Shown: positions 25,751-35,286 of the stretch, piece after piece
Position numbering within the stretch: the stretch's first letter is position 1
How the letters are laid out: every line of letters begins with the position of its first letter
IMG/VR virus record: IMGVR_UViG_3300032289_001903
Coordinates: 1 to 61,757 of that record
From: a virus
Lineage: Duplodnaviria; Caudoviricetes
Direction: 5' to 3' (one strand)
Length of the DNA stretch: 61,757 nt
The notes under the pieces: model-generated
The model's input: the letters and a program-made list of their open reading frames with translations, nothing else
Told to the model about the DNA's origin: nothing
Databases searched by the model: none
Program-made: the position numbers and the translations under genes

Positions 25751-26989
25751 ATGGACAACAAAAACTTATTTAAAGAGGCTATCGCCGACGCAAAAGCCGT
25801 TCGCGAAGCAGCGTTAGCAAACGCAAAAGCCGCTCTAGAAGAGGCACTAACTCCAAAATTGCAATCTATGTTAGCTGCAAAGCTACAAGAAATGGATTAC
25901 GATGAAGCAGTTGATGATGCTGAAGAGGCAGAAGATGAAGTAGATGAAATGGAAGAAGGATTTTTATCATCTCACGAAGAAAACAGCGATGTAAATCTTG
26001 ATTTCAATTTAGAAGAAGATTTCGATTTATCTGAAATTTTAGCTGAATTAGATGAAGAAAATTCACTAGAAGAAGCTAAAAAAGAAAAAGATGAAAAGAA
26101 AAAGAAAATGATGAAAGAAGCTGAAGAAGAAGAAGAAGAAGAAGAAGAAACGGAAGAAGAATCTGAAGACGTTGCTGATATGTCTGTTGAAGATTTGAAA
26201 GCTCTTATCAAAGACATCGTTGCTCAAGAAATGGGTAATGAAGAAGGTGATGAAGAAGCTGGAGAAGAAATGTCAATGGATATGGGTGGCGAAGAAGAAT
26301 CTGACGAAATTGATCTTAACGAATTATTAGCTGAACTTGACGCTTTAGGCGAAGGTGATGGTGATGAACTTGAAGAAATTGATATCGTAGGTGGTATTAA
26401 AAAAGGTCTTAAAAAAGCAGGTCAGGCTATTACTGGTGCTGCCGCAAGAGCTAAGTATGTTGTAGGAGCTACTCCTGAAGATACTAAAGGTGCTTTAGGC
26501 TTGAACTTGTCAGCTAAACAAGTATTTGATATCGTAAAGGCTAACTACGAAAAAAGAACAGGTAAAACAGGCGAACCTAGCGATGCTTATAAAAGTTTAG
26601 TTACTGCAAAAGCACAAGGATTTGATTCTACAGGCGGAGAAATGTCAGAAGCAATTCGTACAATCAATACTCTTCGTAATGAATTAAATGAAGTTAACTT
26701 GCTAAACGCTAAGTTGCTTTATGTTAATAAAATCTTCAAAGCTAAGAATTTATCTGAATCACAAAAATTAAAAGTTATTGCTTCATTTGATAAAGCAACT
26801 ACAGCTAAAGAAGCTAAAGTTGTATTCGAATCATTGAACAATACTTTAACTACCGCTGCTCCTAAACAAGCAATAAAAGAATCTATTGGATTCGCTTCAA
26901 GAGCTGCTGGTGTTGCACCTAAAAAAGCAATCGTTGAAACAAACGATGCAATTACTAGAATGCAAAAACTCGCAAACATTATTAAATAA
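25751..26989 (+). CDS. Prohead scaffold/core protein (T4 gp22-like role)
   Basis: Very acidic coiled coil between protease and MCP; many LxE sites; C-terminal ITRMQKLANIIK. Confidence 0.8.
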   Translation: MDNKNLFKEAIADAKAVREAALANAKAALEEALTPKLQSMLAAKLQEMDYDEAVDDAEEAEDEVDEMEEGFLSSHEENSDVNLDFNLEEDFDLSEILAELDEENSLEEAKKEKDEKKKKMMKEAEEEEEEEEETEEESEDVADMSVEDLKALIKDIVAQEMGNEEGDEEAGEEMSMDMGGEEESDEIDLNELLAELDALGEGDGDELEEIDIVGGIKKGLKKAGQAITGAAARAKYVVGATPEDTKGALGLNLSAKQVFDIVKANYEKRTGKTGEPSDAYKSLVTAKAQGFDSTGGEMSEAIRTINTLRNELNEVNLLNAKLLYVNKIFKAKNLSESQKLKVIASFDKATTAKEAKVVFESLNNTLTTAAPKQAIKESIGFASRAAGVAPKKAIVETNDAITRMQKLANIIK

Positions 26990-27013
26990 AAAACAAAACA
27001 AAACTTCATTAAA

Positions 27014-28678
27014 ATGAACGTACAACAACTTTTAGAATCGTCTAATCAGTATAAAGTAATTGCTGATGACGCAAAAAAGCTTAGCTCAAAGTGGGTTAAG
27101 TCTGGCCTTTTAGAAGGTCTTAAAAGCGAAACTGATCGCAACACAATGGCTATGCTATTGGAAAATCAGGCAAAACAATTAGTAACAGAAGCATCATCTA
27201 CAGGTACTGCATCTCCAGGTGCTGGATCGTACAGTGGTGAATCTTGGAATGGCGTTGCTCTTCCATTAGTTCGTCGTGTATTCGGTGAAATTGCTGCTAA
27301 AGAATTCGTTAGTGTACAACCAATGAACTTACCTTCAGGCCTTGTATTCTATCTTGATTTCAAATATGGTACTAACATTAATCCATTTGCTAATAATGGT
27401 TCTTTGTATGGTGCTAACGCGTCTACAAACGTAACTGATATTGCTTCAGCTTCATTGTATGGTGCTGGTAAATTTGGTTATTCTGTTAACCAATATACTC
27501 AATCTGCGGTAGCTGCTACAATTTCTGCAACATCTGCTAGCTGGGCTGAATTTAACTTTGATTCTGACTACTCAGCTTCTGCTGCTGCTGGTGGGTTTAA
27601 AAAAGTATTAGTTCCATTACCAGCAGGATATGATATAGATGCTGTTCGTGCCTTCACAATTACTTCAGGTTCAACAATTTTAGCTACTGATGTTCAGCAA
27701 GCATTCACAACTGTATCTAGCAATACTGCTTCTTTCTTTATAACTGGTTCTAAGTTTGCTACAGCAGGTGCAAATGGTGCTATTACTTTAGCAGCATTAT
27801 TCTATCAATTCTCTCCACAAGATTCTGGTAGTGGTCAGTTCCGTGGTGATTTTGAAGATGGTGTTTCTAAACAACCAAGTTCAGCAGCTCCTTCAACAAT
27901 CAATATCCCAGAAATTAACGTTCAGTTAAAATCTGAAGCAATCGTTGCTAAAACTCGTAAGTTAAAAGCACAATGGACACCGGAATTCGCTCAAGATCTT
28001 AACGCTTACCATAGCGTAGATGCTGAAGCTGAATTAACTGGTATCTTATCTCAATACATTTCAATGGAAATTGATTTGGAATTGTTAGATATGTTGATTG
28101 AAAATGCTTTCACAGTTGATGCATGGTCTGCAATTAACAACACAACTATTTCTGTTACTGGTGGTACTGGTGCTAGTACAACTTTCTCAAATCCTACTGT
28201 TAATACAGCCGGTTTTTATAACACACAAGGTGGTTGGTTCCAAACTTTAGGTACTAAATTACAAAAAGTTTCTAACAAAATCCATCAGTTGACTTTAAGA
28301 GGTGGTGCTAATTTCATCGTAACTTCTCCTACAGTTGCTACAATTTTGGAATCAATTCCAGGATTTGCTGCTGATGGTACTGGTGAGAAAATGGAATACA
28401 ACTTCGGTATTCAGAAAGTTGGTAGCTTGAACAGCCGTTACAAGGTTTACAAGAACCCATACATGACTGAGAACGTTATCTTAATGGGTTACAAAGGTGC
28501 TCAATTCTTGGAATGTGGTGCTGTATTTGCTCCGTATGTTCCATTAATCATGACTCCATTGTTATACGATCCAAGTACATTCACACCAAGAAAAGGTTTG
28601 ATGACTAGATATGCTAAGAAAATGATCCGTCCTGACTACTATGGTAAGATCTTCGTTAGTGGTTTAAATACTATCTAA
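27014..28678 (+). CDS. gp23: Major capsid protein (T4 gp23-like)
   Basis: LLENQ, PLVRR, VQPMNLPSGLVF, AKTRKLKAQWTPEFAQDL.AYH..DAEAEL, APYVPL, P.KG.MTRY. Confidence 0.96.
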   Translation: MNVQQLLESSNQYKVIADDAKKLSSKWVKSGLLEGLKSETDRNTMAMLLENQAKQLVTEASSTGTASPGAGSYSGESWNGVALPLVRRVFGEIAAKEFVSVQPMNLPSGLVFYLDFKYGTNINPFANNGSLYGANASTNVTDIASASLYGAGKFGYSVNQYTQSAVAATISATSASWAEFNFDSDYSASAAAGGFKKVLVPLPAGYDIDAVRAFTITSGSTILATDVQQAFTTVSSNTASFFITGSKFATAGANGAITLAALFYQFSPQDSGSGQFRGDFEDGVSKQPSSAAPSTINIPEINVQLKSEAIVAKTRKLKAQWTPEFAQDLNAYHSVDAEAELTGILSQYISMEIDLELLDMLIENAFTVDAWSAINNTTISVTGGTGASTTFSNPTVNTAGFYNTQGGWFQTLGTKLQKVSNKIHQLTLRGGANFIVTSPTVATILESIPGFAADGTGEKMEYNFGIQKVGSLNSRYKVYKNPYMTENVILMGYKGAQFLECGAVFAPYVPLIMTPLLYDPSTFTPRKGLMTRYAKKMIRPDYYGKIFVSGLNTI

Positions 28679-28702
28679 TAATAATCTTAGTATTATAATT
28701 TT

Positions 28703-28732
28703 GAACCCAGGCCCGTAAGCCTGGGTTCTTTT
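28703..28732 (+). terminator. Intrinsic terminator after MCP
   Basis: GAACCCAGGC-CCGTAA-GCCTGGGTTC-TTTT. Confidence 0.85.
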
Positions 28733-28764
28733 ATTATATGTATACGTAACCAACATATAGTCTT

Positions 28765-29430
28765 ATGCAAGATGAAAAATCCAAGCAGAAAAAAGTGTTG
28801 AAAAGCGATATAAAATATCAAATCACACTTAACGACGAACAAAAGGAAGCTAAGCGGTTAATAATAGATAACCAAATAGTAGTTATAACAGGTAGAGCAG
28901 GTTGTGGTAAATCACTAGTATCCGCTCAAACAGCATTAGATTTCCTATTCAAGAAACAATTCGACAAAATTTTAGTAACAAGAGCAGCAGTAGAAGTAGG
29001 CCATTCACTTGGATTTCTACCGGGTTCTCTTAACGAAAAATTTAATCCATATCTCGAAGCATTTCAAGAAAATTTAGTTAAATGTTACGATAAAGTTAGG
29101 ATTGAAGAATTAATTAAAGATAATAAAGTTGAAGCACTTCCAGTCCAATTCATACGTGGTAAAACAATCGATGATGTTCTTGTGGTGGAAGAAGCACAAA
29201 ACCTTACTAAAGCTGAAATGCTCGCAATTCTTACACGTCTTGGTAAGAATGGTAGGATTATAATTAATGGTGATAATGAGCAAAAAGACATTAAAGATCC
29301 ATATAATGGATTATCATATATAATAGATCTCTCTAAGAAAATAGATGAAATTAAGTGGGTAAAACTTAAACATAATCATCGCTCTGATTTAGTAGGTAAG
29401 ATACTAGATTACGAATATAGTGGTAAATAA
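28765..29430 (+). CDS. phoH: PhoH-like ATPase
   Basis: GRAGCGKS, LGFLPG, FIRGKT, EEAQN, LTRLG, GD..Q.D, HRS motifs. Confidence 0.92.
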   Translation: MQDEKSKQKKVLKSDIKYQITLNDEQKEAKRLIIDNQIVVITGRAGCGKSLVSAQTALDFLFKKQFDKILVTRAAVEVGHSLGFLPGSLNEKFNPYLEAFQENLVKCYDKVRIEELIKDNKVEALPVQFIRGKTIDDVLVVEEAQNLTKAEMLAILTRLGKNGRIIINGDNEQKDIKDPYNGLSYIIDLSKKIDEIKWVKLKHNHRSDLVGKILDYEYSGK

Positions 29431-29470
29431 CACATCTCTCAGTATATTTATACGTGTTAAATACTAATTA

Positions 29471-30655
29471 ATGGCTAATATACCAATTTGGAATAATAAC
29501 CCGGGCCCAGTATGGGGCAATACACCATTCGGTTTTTATGATAATGACTTATCATTTCAACAAGAAGCACCATTATTTTCTACATGGTGTTCTAGACGTT
29601 TAGGATATCCTATTGTTAATATTGAATTACAAGACATAAATTTTTATGCTTGTTTTGAAGAAGCTATCACTACATATGGTAACGAAGTTTACCAATGGAA
29701 AATACGTGAAAGTTATCTTTCAATGGAAGGTAATATTGTTAATAATACAACTACATTCAATAATAAATTAGTTACACCAAATCTAGGTTCAATTATTCGT
29801 ATAGCTGAAAACTATGCATCCGAAGCAGGAGTAGGTGGTTATACAACATATTATACTGGCTCTCTTTACTTAACAGCAAGTGTACAAGATTATGATTTAA
29901 AACAATGGGCAATACAAGAAGGAATATCAGGTAGTGGTATTGAAATTAAAAAAATATTTTTTGAAGCACCACCAGCAATTGTTCGTTACTTTGACCCATA
30001 TGCTGGTACAGGTACTGGTATTCAATCATTACTTGAAACATTTGGATTTGGTCAATTTTCTCCTGGTATTAACTTCTTGTTAATGCCTATTTATTTTGAC
30101 GTTCAAAAACTACAAGCAATTGAATTAAACGACCAAATCAGAAAATCAGCATTTTCATTTGATTTAGTAAATAATAATTTAAGAATATTCCCTATACCAG
30201 GAGATAGAGCGGATGGAGCAGAACATAAATTATTTTTTCATTATATTAAAAAAGATGAAAGAAATGATGTAACTTCAGCTACACCAAATTATGATTCAGG
30301 TTCAAGTACATTAGTAACAAATGTTAGTAATGTACCTTACGCAAATCCTGTTTATGGTGATATTAATTCAATTGGTAAACAATGGGTTCGTCAATACGCA
30401 TTAGCAGCAGTAAAAGAAACATTAGCTTATGTTCGTAAAAAATATGCTAGTATTCCTATTCCTGGAGCTGAAGTAACATTAAATGGAGATGATTTATTAA
30501 CAGATGCTCGTGCTGAAAAAGCAGCATTGCTTGAACAACTAAGAGCAATGTTGGATGTAGCATCACGTAAAACACAATTAGAAAATCAAGCTGCTGAAGC
30601 TGAATCAATGCAAAAAACATTAACAAACGTAGCACTACCAATTTATATATTTTAA
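29471..30655 (+). CDS. Neck/head-tail adaptor protein (T4 gp13-like)
   Basis: RRLGYP.VNIEL, WVRQYALA..KE.L...R.KY, G..VTLNG..L..A; position after MCP. Confidence 0.75.
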   Translation: MANIPIWNNNPGPVWGNTPFGFYDNDLSFQQEAPLFSTWCSRRLGYPIVNIELQDINFYACFEEAITTYGNEVYQWKIRESYLSMEGNIVNNTTTFNNKLVTPNLGSIIRIAENYASEAGVGGYTTYYTGSLYLTASVQDYDLKQWAIQEGISGSGIEIKKIFFEAPPAIVRYFDPYAGTGTGIQSLLETFGFGQFSPGINFLLMPIYFDVQKLQAIELNDQIRKSAFSFDLVNNNLRIFPIPGDRADGAEHKLFFHYIKKDERNDVTSATPNYDSGSSTLVTNVSNVPYANPVYGDINSIGKQWVRQYALAAVKETLAYVRKKYASIPIPGAEVTLNGDDLLTDARAEKAALLEQLRAMLDVASRKTQLENQAAEAESMQKTLTNVALPIYIF

Positions 30656-30993
30656 TGATCAAATTATCAAACATATTATTAGAAGCAGTTAGTTTAGATA
30701 AGATAGATATCTTAATTAAAACATCTACTGATACAAATAAAGTAGAAGTATATAACCAAATTAGAGGATTATCTGGTGTTGTTGTTGTAACTGTAGAGCA
30801 AAGTGAATTTTTAGACAGTAAAGCAACAGATAAATTTGAATATTCTTTATTACATATGAAATATCTTGTAACATCTGATCCAAAAACAGATATTGATAAA
30901 ATTAAAGTAGATGCTCTAGTAACAACTAGAATACCAGGATTATTACAATTTATTCCAAGATATAAAACCGCTCAAAACATAGGAAAATATTAA
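30655..30993 (+). CDS. Small tagged protein (class I tag)
   Basis: MIKLSNILLE. Confidence 0.5.
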   Translation: MIKLSNILLEAVSLDKIDILIKTSTDTNKVEVYNQIRGLSGVVVVTVEQSEFLDSKATDKFEYSLLHMKYLVTSDPKTDIDKIKVDALVTTRIPGLLQFIPRYKTAQNIGKY

Positions 30994-30994
30994 T

Positions 30995-31531
30995 ATGTCA
31001 TTATACGGTGAAAATAGAGACGTCAGTCTATTTAGACATTTAAATAGAGAATTACTCAATAATATTATTGAGCAAAAAGTAGGATATTATAAATTAGCTT
31101 TAGATAAAACCTTACCAAATATGTATGGTGAATCTACTAAAAAGATTTATAATAATCCGGTATTAATAAATTGTCTAATAGAAAGAGGTGATACAGCACC
31201 ATTAACAAATGAATTTGGTATGGACGTTACTCGTCCTATGAAATTTAGATTTTTAAGAGACGATTTAGCAGGTATTGATCTAAGTACAGAATTAGGAGCA
31301 GACGGAAGAGGATTCACATATAACATAGTACCAGAAGTAGGTGATATTCTTTTATGGAATAATGATTATTACGAAGCAAATAACGTAAATGAAAATCAAC
31401 TTATAGTAGGTAAAGATCCACTTTATTCATACTCAAGCGATAATGATGGATATGGTAGCTCTTGGTCTATAATATTAGAATGTTTCCAAATACGCCCAGA
31501 AAAAGTAGGTATAACACAAGAAAGATTATAA
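30995..31531 (+). CDS. Head closure/neck protein (T4 gp14-like)
   Basis: NMYGES..K.Y, FGMD, PEVGDIL.W...YYE; synteny. Confidence 0.65.
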   Translation: MSLYGENRDVSLFRHLNRELLNNIIEQKVGYYKLALDKTLPNMYGESTKKIYNNPVLINCLIERGDTAPLTNEFGMDVTRPMKFRFLRDDLAGIDLSTELGADGRGFTYNIVPEVGDILLWNNDYYEANNVNENQLIVGKDPLYSYSSDNDGYGSSWSIILECFQIRPEKVGITQERL

Positions 31532-31533
31532 CA

Positions 31534-31860
31534 ATGATAAAATTAACTAATTTACTAAACGAAATATACGAGGAAAAACCAGAATCACCAGATGATTTAA
31601 TGAATAAAGGATTCAAATTAGGTGAACCAACTATAGATCCTGAAACCGGTACTAGTACTACTACAGTAACTTATTTACCTAAGTTTGAGCAAATTCGTAA
31701 GGATATAATTAATATGAGAAAAGAATTCCAACCATTTAAATTCTCATCTAACGAAGATGTAGCTGGTTTAGCTAAAAATATCAATACTAATTTGACCAAA
31801 TTAAGTCAAATGATATTCGCTATTGATAAAATGATAGAATTACAAAGAAAATCTAAATAA
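31534..31860 (+). CDS. Small tagged protein (class I tag)
   Basis: Start moved to MIKLTNLLNE at 31534, just after the upstream stop. Confidence 0.5.
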   Translation: MIKLTNLLNEIYEEKPESPDDLMNKGFKLGEPTIDPETGTSTTTVTYLPKFEQIRKDIINMRKEFQPFKFSSNEDVAGLAKNINTNLTKLSQMIFAIDKMIELQRKSK

Positions 31861-33116
31861 TGTCTAATAGACTAAAACCACTACCATTAAACCAATCACA
31901 GGTAACACAAGCATCACTAAATACACCATATTTAGCAAATGAGGGTAAACCTGTTAGTCAAACTGTATTTTCCGAGAATCGGGGTACAGATTATTCTATG
32001 AAGAATGATACTGTAAAGGATATCTCTATTGGTTTACAAGATATTGATAACGCTATTATGTTTTATTTTAATAATATAATTAAACCTAACGTAATACAAA
32101 ACGGAAAACAATTAGCTGTACCTGTAATTTACGGCTCACCTGAAAGATGGAAATCAGTACAAGCAGACGGCTTTTACCGCGATAATAGTGGCCGTTTAAT
32201 GGTACCTCTTATAATGTTTAAACGTGAAACTGTTGAAAAAGACAGATCAAAAGCAAATAAATTAGATGGCAACACAGCACATCTATATCAAGTAGTAGGT
32301 ACTAAATATAATGCAAGAAATGCATACGATCAATTTGATGTAATTAATAATAGAATACCATCAGAACAGTATTATGTTACAGCGGCACCAGATTATCTTA
32401 CATTAACCTACAATTGTGTTATATTTACTGATTTTGTTGAACAAAACAATAAACTAGTAGAGGCAGTTGAATATGCATCTGATTCATATTGGGGAGATCC
32501 AGCTAGATGGAAATTTAGGGCTGCAATCGACTCATTTGCAACGACTACTTTGCTAGAAGAAGGAACCGACAGAGCAGCTAAATCTACGTTTACTATCAAA
32601 GTAAACGGCTATATAATACCAAATACAGTAAATAAAGATATGGCTACAGCACGTAGCAAATTCTATACTAAATCACAAGTAGTATTTACACTAGAAACTA
32701 CATCTGATGTAGAATCATTGAGTACAGCAGGTAAATCAGCTCCTAAAACAGCAATGGGTGGTGCATCAATTGGGGTTGATGCATATAATGTAAACATTAC
32801 TAACAATTATGTAGGTATATCTACAGCTGCTGGATTATATATGAATTCAAATATTGAATTACTGGCTACACAAGCAACAATAACATCTAATACGGCAACA
32901 TTTCCTATGGGATGGGCTACAGCTCCACCACCATTACCAACAACATCTATTGCTAATTTTATATTCTTTGTAAACGGTCAATTAATTGAACCTGCTGCCT
33001 TAGTTAGTTTTGTAAATAATGGAAACGGCACATCAACATTAACTATTGATGTGGCGCAATTAGGATACTCTCTCAATATAACTGACGAAGTAGTAGGTAT
33101 AGGTAAATTTGCCTAA
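31860..33116 (+). CDS. Tail terminator/sheath stabiliser (T4 gp15-like) with C-terminal extension
   Basis: VPVIYGSPERW, P.Y..L.Y, F...V.GY..P; synteny. Confidence 0.65.
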   Translation: MSNRLKPLPLNQSQVTQASLNTPYLANEGKPVSQTVFSENRGTDYSMKNDTVKDISIGLQDIDNAIMFYFNNIIKPNVIQNGKQLAVPVIYGSPERWKSVQADGFYRDNSGRLMVPLIMFKRETVEKDRSKANKLDGNTAHLYQVVGTKYNARNAYDQFDVINNRIPSEQYYVTAAPDYLTLTYNCVIFTDFVEQNNKLVEAVEYASDSYWGDPARWKFRAAIDSFATTTLLEEGTDRAAKSTFTIKVNGYIIPNTVNKDMATARSKFYTKSQVVFTLETTSDVESLSTAGKSAPKTAMGGASIGVDAYNVNITNNYVGISTAAGLYMNSNIELLATQATITSNTATFPMGWATAPPPLPTTSIANFIFFVNGQLIEPAALVSFVNNGNGTSTLTIDVAQLGYSLNITDEVVGIGKFA

Positions 33117-33130
33117 TATTTATACATAGT

Positions 33131-34327
33131 ATGAGTACATTTCGTTCAGAACAATTACGTCAACCTTTAAGTTTAACTGGATCATTTACGGGATCTTTTA
33201 TTGGTTCTTTAGCCGGTACGGCTAGTTATGCTACTACAGCATCGTATGCAATGAATGGTGGTGGAGGAGCAGGAGTATCATATATAACAGCATCTGGTCC
33301 TTTTTCATTAACGGGTATTGAAGTAGCAGATTTTTCTAATGATGTAGCAGTTACCTTTATTAATAATACTCTTAAATTCGTATTTGGTACACCAACTATA
33401 CCATCTGCCCCTGCATTAACATTTAACAATACATTCTTAACAGATAGATTTAATAGAGTAAATGATAACTATGACTTAAGTGGAAGCTTTACAGTAAACG
33501 GATATACATTAGTCAGTGCATCTCTATATACAGGATCGGTATTACTAGCTCAAACAGGGACTGGAACAACACTTAGAACAAATCTAACAGCATCTGGTAG
33601 TCAAGTATATAGACTAGAAGTAACAGCAAGTAGTCCATTAGATGGAACATTTAATACTCAATCAGTAACATTAACAGGAACACTAAATAAAATATCACCT
33701 ACAGCACCTTCTATATCATCAACACCAGATGTACAGTTAGGAGCAAGCAGTAACCAAATAGAACAAGGAGCCACAGGTAGTATTAGTTTCTCATCTGCTT
33801 ATGGTACTAGTAATGGTTATACACAAGTAAGTTTAGTAAATTCACCTACAACATCACCAATATTTGTTACTGGTTCCGCAACTGGATCTACAAGTATAAC
33901 AATAACATCAACGGCTAACTATACATCCCCAGGAACAGATAATGTACCAACATTAACTCCATCAGTTCAATCAACAACAACATATAGTAAAATAAGAAGT
34001 GTAAGACACGGAGTATCTGCTATAACAAGCTTTACACAAGCTCAATTAGAAAATTTAGCGTTATGGGATACTACATTAGGTGGTACTATAGGAAGAATTG
34101 CTAAAGGAACAGTATATCCTTATGGATACCAATTTACAGCAGTTACAAATGCACAATACATTTATATAGTAATAGATTCAAGTTATACACTAACTGGAAT
34201 ACTGAATGTAAACAATTCAAATTCAAATGATTTAAATGTATTTACAGCAACAACAATAGGTGATTATAAAGTATATAGATCAAATAATTTATCAACAACA
34301 TCTATCCTTTACGAATTAAGAGTATAA
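33131..34327 (+). CDS. Virion fibre/appendage protein
   Basis: TGSFTGSF.GS..GTASYA motif shared with fibre genes; Ser/Thr-rich beta-type composition. Confidence 0.55.
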   Translation: MSTFRSEQLRQPLSLTGSFTGSFIGSLAGTASYATTASYAMNGGGGAGVSYITASGPFSLTGIEVADFSNDVAVTFINNTLKFVFGTPTIPSAPALTFNNTFLTDRFNRVNDNYDLSGSFTVNGYTLVSASLYTGSVLLAQTGTGTTLRTNLTASGSQVYRLEVTASSPLDGTFNTQSVTLTGTLNKISPTAPSISSTPDVQLGASSNQIEQGATGSISFSSAYGTSNGYTQVSLVNSPTTSPIFVTGSATGSTSITITSTANYTSPGTDNVPTLTPSVQSTTTYSKIRSVRHGVSAITSFTQAQLENLALWDTTLGGTIGRIAKGTVYPYGYQFTAVTNAQYIYIVIDSSYTLTGILNVNNSNSNDLNVFTATTIGDYKVYRSNNLSTTSILYELRV

Positions 34328-34328
34328 C

Positions 34329-34898
34329 ATGGCAATTAATATAATACAAGGATTTAATCCATCAACAACAGAACCAATTGATTCAAGGCAACTGGTGGCA
34401 AACTCAGCATCTAGATTTGATATTGCTACATTTAATGCGTATGAGGGAATGATTGTGTATCAACAAGATACAAAAGCTTTATGGGTACTTACAAATATAG
34501 CGGCTATAAGTGGTAGTGGTGGTTGGTCACCAGTTGGAAGTGGATCTGCAGCACCATCATCAGGATACAAACAATTCGACGGATTAATTACAACTGACCA
34601 AGCTACCCTCTCTCTTATCATTCTGTATGATCCAGAAAGCTGGGTTCCGACTATTACACCAGTTACAACAGGCACTTATCAAATAGATTTTGGATTATCT
34701 ACACCATTAGTTGGTAATAGAACACATGTACAAATAAGTGCAGGAATAAACCCCGCGGTCAACCCGGAAGTAACAATCTCGTGGGCTTTTGATAGTGTTA
34801 GTCCTACAAGATATATAAATTTGTATACATTTGGAGAAAAAAATCTTGCAAATAGTTTACTAAAAAATGCCTCAATCACAGTAAAAGTTTACGCTTAA
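34329..34898 (+). CDS. Putative virion structural protein
   Basis: PIDSR...AYEGMIVY N-terminal module; located in the fibre cluster. Confidence 0.45.
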   Translation: MAINIIQGFNPSTTEPIDSRQLVANSASRFDIATFNAYEGMIVYQQDTKALWVLTNIAAISGSGGWSPVGSGSAAPSSGYKQFDGLITTDQATLSLIILYDPESWVPTITPVTTGTYQIDFGLSTPLVGNRTHVQISAGINPAVNPEVTISWAFDSVSPTRYINLYTFGEKNLANSLLKNASITVKVYA

Positions 34899-34919
34899 AA
34901 TAAAAATAAATAATACAAT

Positions 34920-35285
34920 ATGCCAGCAGGAAAATACACATTACTAATAGAACAAGGTGCAACATTAAATTTATCTTTAGCATATAAAGATTCAGCTAAT
35001 GCTGCTGTTAATTTAACAGGGTATAGCGGTAAAATGCAAATTAGATCAGGATATGCAGATAGCAATCCTACTACTTATCTTACATTAAGTAGCTCATTAC
35101 AAGCAGATGGTACTGGTTTAACATTTGGTGGTGTAAGTGGCACTATTGGAATAGTAATATCAGCCGCGTCATCATCAGCATTAACATTTGATTCAGCATC
35201 ATATGATCTAGAAATAACATCAGGTAGTGTAGTAACAAGATTACTACAAGGTCCTGCATTTGTAAGTAAAGAAGTAACACGCTAA
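34920..35285 (+). CDS. Beta-sandwich virion/fibre-attachment protein
   Basis: IEQGAT...VNLTGY..KMQIR...YDLEI....V.RLLQG pattern. Confidence 0.55.
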   Translation: MPAGKYTLLIEQGATLNLSLAYKDSANAAVNLTGYSGKMQIRSGYADSNPTTYLTLSSSLQADGTGLTFGGVSGTIGIVISAASSSALTFDSASYDLEITSGSVVTRLLQGPAFVSKEVTR

Positions 35286-35286
35286 T

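Noticed and set aside
26123-26160. GAA trinucleotide run as a contingency locus
   Set aside because: In-frame poly-Glu in an acidic scaffold; length changes would not switch expression.
28765-29430. phoH as a novelty
   Set aside because: Common in large aquatic phages; annotated as a feature only.
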